DNA of 61,216 bases, from NCBI GenBank assembly GCA_040437565.1, contig JBDOQK010000066.1, positions 124,001 through 185,216 on the forward strand. The letters run 5' to 3'. This DNA is from Albugo candida (lineage: Eukaryota). The notes beneath the pieces were generated by a model that had not been told where the DNA came from, searched no databases, and worked only from the letters and a program-made list of their open reading frames with translations. This document shows positions 39,392-51,338 of the stretch, in pieces. Position 1 is the first letter of the stretch; every line of letters begins with the position of its first letter. The position numbers and the translations under genes were made by a program.

Positions 39392-39627
39392 AAACGATAT
39401 TATAGTCTTTACAAGCAGTATTGCTAGTTGTAATAAGGGCCTTCTCTATTTCGCCTGCTTAGTACTTTCTAGTATTGCTCCATCAGACGAGTCGCAGCTC
39501 TTAATTCAAATTTATTGAGTTGTAGCCCGGAACTGCATTGATTTCCAATTTTGGTGTTGGCGGGGACCTGGTACAGTACTGGAAAATGGCCAATCTCAAG
39601 GATGGTTTTATAGATGCCAAGTCGCTT

Positions 39628-40145
39628 GTAAAAGTTCGATAGGGGTCTCCAAAGTCACTTAGGAAGTGATAATGGCCTCGGATGTTGCTTGTGCTCGGAA
39701 CGATGTTGCTCGTCCATGTAGCACGCTGTTGATTGCACGTTTTATGTATCATGAGCGCATAAAACGCATGGATGGCCACGAGTGGATGGTGCCAATTCTC
39801 CAATTGCATTACTTGAGACCGATGCATTTTTTTTTGNNNNNNNNNNNNNNNNNNNNNNNNNNNNNNNNNNNNNNNNNNNNNNNNNNNNNNNNNNNNNNNN
39901 NNNNNNNNNNNNNNNNNNNNNNNNNNNNNNNNNNNNGTAAAAGTTCGATAGGGGTCTCCAAAGTCACTTAGGAAGTGATAATGGCCTCGGATGTTGCTTG
40001 TGTTCGGAACGATGTTGCTCGTCCATGTAGCACGCTGTTGATTGCACGTTTTATGTATCATGAGCGCATAAAACGCATGGATGGCCACGAGTGGATGGTG
40101 CCAATTCTCCAATTGCATTACTTGAGACCGATGCATTTTTTTTTG
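39628..40145. repeat. ~209-bp duplication flanking N gap; probable contig overlap
   Basis: 39628-39836 vs 39937-40145; the copies differ by one SNP and poly-T length. Confidence 0.85.
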
Positions 40146-43100
40146 AAAAAAATTAATTATTTTTTACATACAATTACGAGCCGAAATATGCGGTAAGAGC
40201 GGGAAAAAAGGGTGATATACGACTCTAATCTATGAAACAATTAGAGCGTTCATACTGGTAAACATCTTTTATGAGACAGAGCGTACATATGATTTCACTG
40301 CCTGGTAGGGATAGAGTCATCAATATGAGGTTCAGCATATACTTGCCTCCGACTTCTTTCATGTCTTGTCATGTCAATAGTCGAGGAACTCATGAACTTG
40401 TGACGTGATTTACAATGCAAAAGCGAGGCAGTATTTTAAACTAGGATAAAGTAAATTTTAATCCTTATAGAGCTTATACTACAGTGATGCCGCAATGAAG
40501 GGAATTAAAGGCGTTGTCGTTGTTCTCTCGTAGCGCGTGAAAAAATCCATCGCCTCTTGGCATACTGATTTGGTGTTGCAAGCGCAGTTTCGTTCGCAAT
40601 TCGATTTTCAGCGATTGATGAACCTTTGAGTGATCATTGAGCAGATTTATAAAGGAAGCCATATCTTTAGATCTTAATGTGGTGCAATCGATCGAGAGAT
40701 CTTCGGCATCCATTTGGTGAAGGCGCTGAATCAATCAAGGTGCGAGCCTCAATTCGTAGAAATACAACGTCATACACGACATAATCACTATTAAAGAGTC
40801 ATTTTCCACTCGTGCACCAATGTCGTATGCTACTTCTCGGATAAAAAATTAACGCATCAACAGATTGTATTCGATAATTATTTACTCTTTTTTGGACCCT
40901 AAAATGCATTGACTCCCATATGAATCGCTCGAAACGCAGAAAAATGATATAAGAAACGATTTTCGAGGGTGGAGCAGGTCGATCGAAATGTCCAGGCTGA
41001 ATAAGTTTTGCAATTCGCTAGGCCATCAAGAACAGATGGAAGAGTGAGAAACATGTGATTCAACAATTATCAGAACCATCGCGGGGATGATATCTGCTTC
41101 CATTTTTAGATCGTTATCCCGAGTCAAGCAATGCATCATCTTTGTTCTTTACTATTTGAAAATTTCCACCATACTTTGGAAGATTGCGATGGCTTATAAG
41201 ATCTAATATGACATCCTTTTGCACTTTCTTGCCAAGTTTTGTTTTGACATTGAGTGGTGCAATAGCAGAATGGCAATGATGTTGCGTTTGATACGATGTT
41301 TGAGCCGCTTCATGAATGCAGCATGTTCTTGTGCATTTTTCATGAGACCTGGAATCATCGGGACAAAATATCGCTTTGAAGGAATCAACAAGCTAACAAC
41401 CGTGCTCATTGAGATGCTGAATTCGCCAGAAATTAGAGCCTTCACGAGGTTCAGATAGAAGATGAACAAGTACTTGCTTCCAGTAACTCTGTCAGAAATA
41501 TGAAAACTATCCGCTGGTGATTTCCCAGAAGGAGACATGCATGTAGACGCTGCGGTGGGTGTGGCACCAGGCAGGTGATTTCTTATATGGATTCATGCCA
41601 AAGGTGGAAGAGTGGTTCGGTGATGTATGTTAGTCATGCAGTAAGCCAACTTCAGATGCAGTAGTGTATGTACTCTTTTTCTACGGCAAATCCATACTTA
41701 TCAAGCCATGACTTCTTCAAAGGTGTTGTATACATTGTTCCGGTACGATATCCAGAAGTAATGCATGCTTTGAACGAATCGAGATCTTAGCAAATATAGT
41801 AACTCTTCGTCGCGAAATGCCCTCATGATCACTTCTACATTTCTCCCGCGCTCTGATTTTCGGAAACATTCTTGAAGCTTCTCTGTAAGGTCCTCTATCG
41901 CGCGGCAATATTTCCTTCTTGTTAGTGGGTAGATACTCGCGAAGGACATGTAATTTGCTTTTGGCTTCATTTATAACATCTCAATTTGTGCGCTGGACGT
42001 TATGGTCAATTAGTCCTGGGAATTACCGTGCACAGATAGGATACTTTTTTTTCTTTTTGTTCATGGATATTTACTTTGCTCTCGTGCTGAGTCTCCCTAA
42101 TAGTAGAACTGGCGTTCTCCCTTATGTACTAAACAAATGTAGATTTGGTAAAACATGCTCATCCATCCAATTCATCAACGGTAAGTCTATTCTTAAATGA
42201 TGGCGTATCTTGTTCCGTTGCGCTTGTCGACTCTTCATGTATTTACATAAAAAATAGTTATTGACGCTTAGCTGATGACATGGTCTACATTATCTCAGAA
42301 TCAACGAGACTGGCCTGCACCAGAAGATGGAAGAGATATTATTAGTTATGAATTACGCGATGTCGTCTCCATGACACTGTTCCTTCAGCACTGCCAAGTT
42401 TAATAGTATCAGAATTTCGTTGCCCTTATTATGCGTCTAACGAAATCGAAATTGGCATGGAGGATTAGCTTGAAGCTTTCGCCAATCCCTTTGAGCTCTG
42501 ATCTGCGTTAATTGGTCGATCAATTGTGCGGCAAATGCTGGTTCAATGACCTCATTCCATGAAATTGTAAGACGACTCTGAATCGGTTTCAAATTCACTA
42601 TCTCCAGTTGTCGCAATATGATTATTGAAAATGAACGAGAGTCTGATGATGCAACAGTAGCTGACTCCCAATGCGATGCCTAAAACGTGCTTGGAAAGAA
42701 ATAGGAATCATCAATGATGCGGTTTCGTGCAAAATATCTGTTTTATTTCACGTATGCGGAAAGAAAAAAGTCCCTCTTTGTCCGACGTACTCGCTGCTAC
42801 TTATATTCGGTACAATAGAAAAGTCGGTTCTTCCTTTGTGAATGAGAGCTCCCCATAACCGCTTAGAAGTTGAGAGGCATAGTGTGTTGCAAATGCGATC
42901 CACTCAAGTGATTGCAAAAACACTCTATGGAATGCAATGTCCTAAATAAAGGTATCTTCCTCGACCTCACCTCACCACATGAATACATAACGACTATGAA
43001 ACCGAGCATAGTGAGGTCACCCAGTTCTGGAAATTTCCCTGATGTCTCAGGTTGTTACCACAGTAGACAACATCTCGAGCATATGATACCCATTACAAAT

Positions 43101-45015
43101 TTAAGCAATTAGAATGACGACATAGCAAAATAATTGCCAACGTAAGGTAGTTTAGCAGACGTAGACGTGAAGATAAATGTTTACAACGACAATTTTGGAG
43201 TCAATTCCTATCATTGATCGAAGGATTTTGTAAGCCTGATAATACTATTGCATATATGACAAGTAATGTTACCGATGGAGAAACTTTATACGCCCACCCG
43301 TTGTGTGGAATTGGATTCCTCGAACACCGTTCTTGTATCTCACTTTGTGCAATGTATGGTACCTGCCTTCTTCATCCGCCTGTATTATGACAGAAGCTGT
43401 TGCACGGAAGTTTGATCGACAAGCAATTCTATTGAATGAAAAATTGAAGCCTCCCATCAGTTGTATGCGATCGGATTTCTCGAACAGAGGACTCCCATGG
43501 AAGCACATGGGAGTACGTTTATAGTTGCCCAATTGACAGAACGTCATCTCAGATTTCAATTACTGATAGAAGCGATACGATAACATGTATCGACAGGACT
43601 GTCATGCTTATTTTATGCGTGCATCTCGTTGACACGCCGTCGTGATAGCTCAATTCAACTTGATTCTCTAGTCATATCATTGACAGCTGATTTGGCATTA
43701 CGATTATACATACCATCATGGTCAACACTCCGAGTCATTTGAAGCTGCCGATATATGCAGGATGGAATCTGGTGAAAAACATATAGAAGTGATCGATGCA
43801 ATATTTTCCACCGTTACACGTCTACCGACAAAATCCTACGCTATGATAGTTATGTCCAAAATGAGAGGAAAAGAAGCTGCTATGGTGAGTGGTGGCTAAG
43901 GTCGAAGTGATTATATTGTTCTGCTCAAGCTGCTTGTCTTTCTCTTCAACTAGTCTTCATTCGTTCTTTTCCTTTTGTGCCGTTTTTGTCAGCTACATAT
44001 GTCCGCGCAGGGATCAAACCCATTGATTCTCGATAGATCGGTAGACTAAACGTTGCTTTTAACACAAATTTACGCTTGGTAATATGGCTTGTGTCACTAA
44101 TCTGCGGTGCAGTGTGTACAAATAGGTGCTTTGTTCGAGTTCAAATTTGTCTCTAAAAATTACGTGCTACTTTTCAATAAGGGATAGTTCCCTCAAGTCG
44201 CATTATATTTAGAAATCAGTGCTTTCTTTCGTCCTAGCGCTTCTTCTCATTGGAATCACATCATGGAATCACCGGTTTGATATATACTCTACAATGTCCG
44301 TTTGAGACATACTTTGTACCTACAGTATCGCCTATCGTAGACTGGGGGCATCTCTGACCCCACGATGGAGATGAGCATACCAGTCTTTGGAACCGATGCT
44401 CACTCTTCACTTTTCCCTACCGGAACGACTAGAAATTCAGTTTAAAAGACCCTGTTCTATATAGAAGGTGCTCATATTTACCGGAATGACAGCAAAAAGC
44501 AACTTGGTGTTTTTTCAAGTACGCCCACGACCACCAGCGAGGCATTGTCGTGCATACTCAGTGATTCTGGATAGTTTATGAGGATCCGCTTGCAGTAGAA
44601 ACGAACAAAAACGATCTTTTGTACCGTGTAATCAGCACCGCCGATGTGCTTAATTATTTTACACTGAATATCAAAGCCCTTTCGATCTTGCTTGAACTGT
44701 ACTTGGCAGCTGTAGAATTAATGTTTTTTGTATAAAGAATGTTACAATATTCATACCGATCATCGACAATGATCATAGACTGCTACGTTGATGGATACTG
44801 ACAGATTAGAATGGCTTCATGGAAGATGGATAACTTGCAATGAAGGTGATTGGAGGTTTCAAAGTGCATGAAGCAGAGCTGGCGTCGAAATTTTCTCGTG
44901 CTGCGGAATACTATGCATGACGAACGCGACTCAGTACTGAGTGTACTGGTGATGTTTTCTGTGGGTCTCAGATGTACACAGACGGCTACGTATGGTTTAC
45001 GAAGAGTTTGGCTTG

Positions 45016-45588
45016 CTTTTTTTCGCGAAAACAAAGTAGCGAAAAAGTCGAATAGAGAAAAACAACATGACGTGGGGAGAAACTTGTAAAAAAACCACCG
45101 GTACGTCATGTCTGGTTGTGATGCACTTATATGGTCGGAATCTTGCATGTTCTTCTAGCCTTTTCATGTCGAGCTAAGCCTAATGTCCAGGAAAGGGTGA
45201 CTTTAAAGGTATTGGGAATACAAAAACCAGACAATTTGCACGACAAGTTCTCNNNNNNNNNNNNNNNNNNNNNNNNNNNNNNNNNNNNNNNNNNNNNNNN
45301 NNNNNNNNNNNNNNNNNNNNNNNNNNNNNNNNNNNNNNNNNNNNNNNNNNNNTTTTTTTCGCGAAAACAAAGTAGCGAAAAAGTCGAATAGAGAAAAACA
45401 ACATGACGTGGGGAGAAACTTGTAAAAAAACCACCGGTACGTCATGTCTGGTTGTGATGCACTTATATGGTCGGAATCTTGCATGTTCTTCTAGCCTTTT
45501 CATGTCGAGCTAAGCCTAATGTCCAGGAAAGGGTGACTTTAAAGGTATTGGGAATACAAAAACCAGACAATTTGCACGACAAGTTCTC
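45016..45588. repeat. ~236-bp duplication flanking N gap; probable contig overlap
   Basis: 45016-45252 is repeated at 45353-45588. Confidence 0.85.
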
Positions 45589-47081
45589 GCTGCTGCTTTC
45601 CCTCAGCAAATTATGCAGTGGAGTCGCAATAGCCGGAGCGAAATAGCTGTAGTGCTGTGTCATATTAGTGCTTCAAACGTTTCAACGACATCTCGGAAGA
45701 CAGGTTTGGTGTTGCAGTCACGATTTACCGCCCTCTCGGCTCCCAGAAGTGAGGGAGTCTATAAATAACGATTAAGTAGACTTCTATAGGCAGCCGTATC
45801 TCTGGACTCTGATTAACTGCTATCAAAATATACGTGATGAAGCAGCCGCTGCGATCAATTGTGAGTCTTTTTTTTCGTAGAGAGATAAGATGTATACACG
45901 AAAATGTCAAACGAGTAATATTTTCCATTCGTACAGCCTGGGCCAGTTCTCTTTCAAATTGGAAATCTACCCACAAACTCTATCAGGGTAATTATGAGCT
46001 CGTGTTTTGGCCTGTGGAATTCTTTGGCTCTCATTGGCACTAAATGAACGCAGAACTAAAGGAATGTTTGTCTTTCCGCAACAAAGATTGAAAACAACGG
46101 GTATTTAAAATTCGAGATCGATAAGATTTCTTAGTTTGCGGAGACCCTCATTTGCATATAGAACGTAGGCAGAACAATGGGAGCCATTCGTAAAGAAAGT
46201 ATGTCAGTTGAGAATATGTATTTGTACTTTAGATCGTTGTGGTGAGTTAATTACTTATTAGCCACTCGATTCCAATTCATGCTCAACTCGAATGGTGGAG
46301 TAATAATACTGTTTAAAATATGTCGTCATGTATCTCTGAAAGCGCCACGAGCATCAGCCTTTTTTTATCTGAATTGGCTAGAGGAAGTGGAGTCTTGATA
46401 ACAAAAAAATCAACACAGAAGTATCACATTGCATTGAGCAACCAAGTGGATCTTTTCATGTAAGAGACCAGCAGCTATTCCATTAGAGGGGTTAACTTCT
46501 GCTTGCGAGTTCTCCGGTATACATTCCAATTTCATCATACGGAAGTAAATGAGGATTCTGCTTTGATGAGTTCATAACTCCACTGGACTGGGAAAGAACA
46601 AAGGATAACAAGAAGTTTGTCTCCGCTAATTTGGAATGATCAATGAAGCTCCAGTGACATTCAAGTCAAGTTGTTTCAGCAAAAGAATTCAACTACGCAC
46701 CGGTCAATCATAAGAAGTGATATGATGTGGTGATATGCGAATCAGGCACAAGTGTGAAGTAAAGATACAAGAGGATACTCAGATTGGAATTGTGATTACC
46801 AGCAATGATGGCAACCAGAGTTGAGCTAACCACATCGATATACAGACATCATGCCGTGTGGCAGCACGTCAAGAAGAATAGTCTCTTTTGGTATATACTG
46901 AGTCTACGCATTGACTCGCTGACTTCCTTCCTGTATCAGTATTAACCAACCAATTTTTTTTGGTCTCCTACTGGCGTAGGAGACCATTAACAGTAACTGA
47001 TGTCCAGGGAGAATGTTTGAAGCTGAAGGGCCCAAACAGCTTGGCACACATAACAATAGATGAACCGCCACTATTAAACAA

Positions 47082-47470
47082 TTAAGCACTCATGTCAGCG
47101 ACGTATATCGTCTCAATTTTACCTTCGCCGGGGAGCATGACGTGCTCATTTCCATTCACTTGGACAGACCTATTGGCTGAGGCTAGCTTTGTCCGTTTCT
47201 GCTGTCTATTGGAATGTTCACTACTATTCTCTATGTGTTTTCTTCGCATCTTCGCATCGGCTTTGTTTCTCATGGCGGCTCATGTGATCGGAGGCTTACT
47301 TCCTTGACATGCATTCGCGCGCACATTGGACACTTGAACCATTTCTTTCTATCACGCATCACGGCTATAGGCTGAATTTCTATCTGAAGGTCCAAAAACG
47401 TCAGATTCACCGTAGAACTATTTTCCACTCTGAATGTATCGGGTCGGCCTTTCCTTTTGCGGAAATGCAT
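47082..47470 (-). pseudogene. C2H2 zinc-finger protein relic
   Basis: WFKCPMCARMHVKEVSL followed, after a 1-nt frameshift, by DHMSRHEK, giving C-x2-C-x12-H-x3-H. Confidence 0.5.
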
Positions 47471-47520
47471 CCACGTCGAGCGTTTAACCTCATGTCGCAG
47501 TGTGCAAGTAAATGGATGCC

Positions 47521-47625
47521 GGGGCTCCGTACCCAGCTCAGTCGGTTAAGCACTTGAGCGCACGGACCCCCTGCCGGAGGTCGTTCGTTCGATTCCCGGC
47601 AGTGTGGGCAGCGGTTTGAGACCAC
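47521..47625 (+). ncRNA. tRNA-derived Pol III-type element (SINE-like), copy 2
   Basis: About three substitutions relative to copy 1. A-box and B-box are present, but the T-stem cannot pair, so it is not a canonical tRNA. Confidence 0.72.
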
Positions 47626-47889
47626 CCAAGCAATAAGCTTGGAAAATATCTGCCTCCCTAGGTTTGAAGTCAGACTTAAGTGATATTCACACGGTCAGGG
47701 GCTCATGATAGGATAAGGCAGGTAGTTAAAGAACCAGACAAACAGTGTAATGAAGTCCTTGAAACACTGAAAAAAATAAAATAACGCCTTTTTGCTATGA
47801 CACCGCTCACTATTTCGTATTATTTTTCACTAGCTTTCCGCATTAAAAATCTGGATATTTGGATAGCACGGCTTCCTCTGTCCGGATAG

Positions 47890-48720
47890 ATGGAATCAAT
47901 GAAATCCATTCTTCGCTGCAAAGGGACAACTCGTCTCAATAGACGTTGTTTGAAGATGGTTCTAGTCTCTGAAGACATGGAGCCTTATTGTCATTACCAC
48001 GTGCCAATAAAGGTGCTCGAAAATGGAGAATGCATCATCCCTGATCATTTTTGCAAAGGTGTGAAACTTAACAAAGGCCGATGTCGCCAGTCGAGAAAGA
48101 CAGATTATAATTTCTGTTGTTCGCAGCACGATCCGAACATGAAATATTACTCTCCGTCGCTTTTCGATGTCAAAGGATTGCGAGACAACGCTGAGCGCCA
48201 AGTGGCCAAAATGTATGATGATCGAGACATTTATGACAAGACAACTGAGATCTCGACATTGGAACGTGAGGACGTGGAGCTCGATCATATTGTCGAAAGG
48301 CAATGCTACTCATATACATTTATCAAAGTAGCAAATCGAATTGAAGATGAAGAAGAGATGAGTTTCTTAACACAATACACTCGAGATGAAATCGCCAATA
48401 GGTACGAGAATCTAGGTCTAACGCGGACGAGCACAAATCGCTCGAAAGGAAATGCGTGTTACTCATTTCTGGACGACTCATTGACGGGTCATCGAGTTCA
48501 ATCATTCACCGCATATTTAGGCGAGGTCAACATCACTCGCGCCACGAGCAAAGAGATCTGTAACACAATTGGAAAAACACTGAAACTCAATCAACGGTGG
48601 CTTGACAATGAAAGTGAGACTCCATCACTCAGACATTTGCGTGATGAGCTACAGAATTTGTATGTCTCAATGGAACTCAAAACTACTTCTTATGGTTCTT
48701 TTGTTCCATTTGATATCTGA
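47890..48720 (+). CDS. Tandem CCCH-type zinc finger + HNH (beta-beta-alpha-Me) endonuclease-like protein, 276 aa
   Basis: Intact intronless ORF. Two repeats RCKGTTRLNRRC..YCHYH and FCKGVKLNKGRC..FCCSQH, then ELDHIVE...NRYENLGLTRTSTNRSKG (DH...NL...N.SK HNH signature). Confidence 0.8.
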   Translation: MESMKSILRCKGTTRLNRRCLKMVLVSEDMEPYCHYHVPIKVLENGECIIPDHFCKGVKLNKGRCRQSRKTDYNFCCSQHDPNMKYYSPSLFDVKGLRDNAERQVAKMYDDRDIYDKTTEISTLEREDVELDHIVERQCYSYTFIKVANRIEDEEEMSFLTQYTRDEIANRYENLGLTRTSTNRSKGNACYSFLDDSLTGHRVQSFTAYLGEVNITRATSKEICNTIGKTLKLNQRWLDNESETPSLRHLRDELQNLYVSMELKTTSYGSFVPFDI

Positions 48721-48925
48721 GGGCCACATCTATATATANNNNNNNNNNNNNNNNNNNNNNNNNNNNNNNNNNNNNNNNNNNNNNNNNNNNNNNNNNNNNN
48801 NNNNNNNNNNNNNNNNNNNNNNNNNNNNNNNNNNNNNNCAGAATTTGTATGTCTCAATGGAACTCAAAACTACTTCTTATGGTTCTTTTGTTCCATTTGA
48901 TATCTGAGGGCCACATCTATATATA
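48652..48925. repeat. 87-bp duplication flanking N gap; probable contig overlap
   Basis: 48652-48738 is repeated at 48839-48925. Confidence 0.85.
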
Positions 48926-49043
48926 CATATTCATTTACATGTTAATTAAACAACACTTTTTAGCTGTATGCTCTTCATCTCATCGCCAAGATACTTAGCT
49001 TATCGTGATTGTAAGTCGAGTCATGTGACTTCATAACGGTCGA

Positions 49044-49475
49044 ATGCAACTACTATTGTGTACTTCACGCAACAATTTGGAGAACACGAAAATTCTCCAC
49101 GAAAGACACATAATGTATTACGATTTCAACGAACGCGACCCGATGTTGCACTCTGCGATGGGGAAAGAGGGCAAACAGGGACATAGGATGACCGCTGTAA
49201 CTCCACCTTCTCGGTGCAACGATCTTTGGGCAGCAATCCTTTTTCTAGCACAAGTAATCGTGATCGGATTCTTTGCAGTTTGGAAAGGGCTACCTGCAGT
49301 GTTGGATCAGATGGAGAACTCACAACACGGACACAAAAACTACGACTTTCAGAATTTCTTTATACTCTTATTGGGAATATTTGGGCTAACGGTTGCATTA
49401 TCGGGTTTTTGGATGAAGCTGTTAATGTCTTATGCAGAATCGATGATCCGTGTCACTCTGTGGTGTAATGTTGGT
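49044..49475 (+). CDS. Choline transporter-like (CTL/SLC44/Pns1 family) membrane protein, N-terminal part; truncated by gap
   Basis: RCNDLWAAILFLAQV (cf. xDxxxAxLF at CTL TM1), followed by TM helices and LMSYAESMIRVTLW. Confidence 0.7.
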
Positions 49476-49575
49476 NNNNNNNNNNNNNNNNNNNNNNNNN
49501 NNNNNNNNNNNNNNNNNNNNNNNNNNNNNNNNNNNNNNNNNNNNNNNNNNNNNNNNNNNNNNNNNNNNNNNNNNN

Positions 49576-51338
49576 TACTTTTCCAATTCCGTGTGTTTGC
49601 TGAAATGTACTGTGACCGGGTATTGTCGTGCTTCGATCCGTAGCACTCACTGGCGGTGGAGATGGGAGCAATACCGTGTTGTTAGTGAAGTCTTCCACAC
49701 GCAATGTTGCCGACATAATGACCAATTTGAGCGGCTTTAGAAGCTTTTGTATCCCCCCAAACTCATTCTGTTCTTCTACTGTCAATGCTCGGTACTCTTC
49801 AGTTCTTTTAGCGCCAATTTTGATCGAAAAGGAACGATACGACTCAGCAGTCCGATCAGAATATCTGTATTGATATTGCGTTCATGAGCTTCGTCAAGAA
49901 TGATGACGGAATACTGACGGAGAAGAAAGTCCTGTTGTATTTCTTTCAGAGGAATACCGTCCGTCATGAATTTGATTCGTGTCGAGTTTGCAAAATGACT
50001 GGAATCATACCGAATTTGGTACCCAACTTGGCCGCCTGGGGCTTGTCCGAAAGCAACATTGAGCTCCTCCGCTACGCGTTTGGCTGTGCTAACAGTGGCA
50101 ACTCGTCTTGGTTGTGTGACACCAACTCGTCCAAAGAAATCTGGATGTTCAGGATGGCCAAACCCAGCTTCATACAGAAATTGTGGCACTTGCGTAGTTT
50201 TCCCACTTCATGTTTCACCACACAGAATGACTACGTCGTTGTTGACGATAGCTTCCATTATTTCTTGCTCCAAACTACAAGCTGGAAGCTGCATTCTCGC
50301 CATTTGGATTTCTGGACTTCTTTCAAGGTGAGCCACATGCTGAGTGCACCGGTCACGAGGAAGACTGTGATGTTCACTTTGTAATTCTCTGCTGGTTTTC
50401 ATTGGAAAAATAGTCGTTGGAATATACTTGGGTTCCTTGTCAGCTTCTTGGGATGAAATATCGCTATCTTTTGTAGATTCTCCAAGACGACGTTGTTGAT
50501 TCTTCTTGCGTAATTCGAGTAAACGGTTCATCGTTTCACTCTTCGCACTGACCTCTGCTTCTTCGTCTTTTCATCGAAACTGTGCTGTTTTCCGTGTGTC
50601 CTTTGCTGTCAGCGTATGTTACAACTCGCTCACACGGGCTTGATGTCTGAGTTGTGTATACCACCCGTGCCCTCCGCTTCGTCTTTCTCTTGCACGATAT
50701 ATCGCCCGTACGCTTCTCATCGATCGCTTTCGTATCCACTGCTGCTTGGTTTTTCTCCCTCCAAGTCGACTCCGACTTCTGTAACCTGATTTCACAAGTA
50801 CTCCTACTGCCAGTAGTAAATGATTCTTTCGGATGCAACAAATCGAATTCAGCCGTTGATAACTCGAGTCCGAGTTTTTCCATTCTTAACGACCGCTGGA
50901 GGCGCTCACGAACAGTATGAATGTGTCCTAAATTGGAGCTAGAGTGGAATACTTCTGCTGCTCATCGCCCAATTGATTTTCTTGCAGCGACTTGTACACA
51001 CGCGCACGTTCTGTTTGCTTCGCCTTTTGAAGTGCCAATTGTTGGAGTTTCTTTCGTTTCGCTCTGCTTAGTTTCTTTGCTTCTTCTATCCATTCGCGAG
51101 ATACGTTTTCATCTCCTTTCTTCTCTTTTTTCGGTAGTATGATGGAATCTGTCTCATTCACACATAATTCTGAGCGCAATTCGTTCGATAGAATGTTTTT
51201 GGGATCACTATTACTGCACGTATCCCCAATTAGTAGCGTGTCTTCTTCAGGTGGTGATAGAGCTGTACTATTGACTTGGGAATTCGGATGGCTTTGTACC
51301 ATCACATCTCTTCGTCTGCGCTTCCTGCTTCCAGTCAT
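49576..51338 (-). pseudogene. DHX37: DEAH-box RNA helicase DHX37/Dhr1-like, disrupted; 3' part lost in gap
   Basis: [41 protein letters not shown] (TGA at 50208-50210 inside Walker A), [50 protein letters not shown]. Several frameshifts. Confidence 0.88.

Noticed and set aside
34200..39400. Target-site duplications for the MULEs (e.g. gtgattata at 36561 vs gtgatttat at 39273)
   Set aside because: The matches are imperfect and AT-rich, so they could be chance.
47521..47625. Functional tRNA gene or HDV-like ribozyme
   Set aside because: The T-stem does not pair and there is no clean anticodon arm. The HDV P1.1 GG and nested pseudoknot were not found.
49044..49643. ORF-track proteins that read through N gaps
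   Set aside because: They are chimeric products of placeholder gaps; the sequences on either side are often unrelated.
4049..51338. Alternative genetic code or stop-codon readthrough explaining the in-frame stops
   Set aside because: Stops are mixed (TGA for Gly, TAA for Trp) and come with many frameshifts and deletions, while intact genes end in standard stops.
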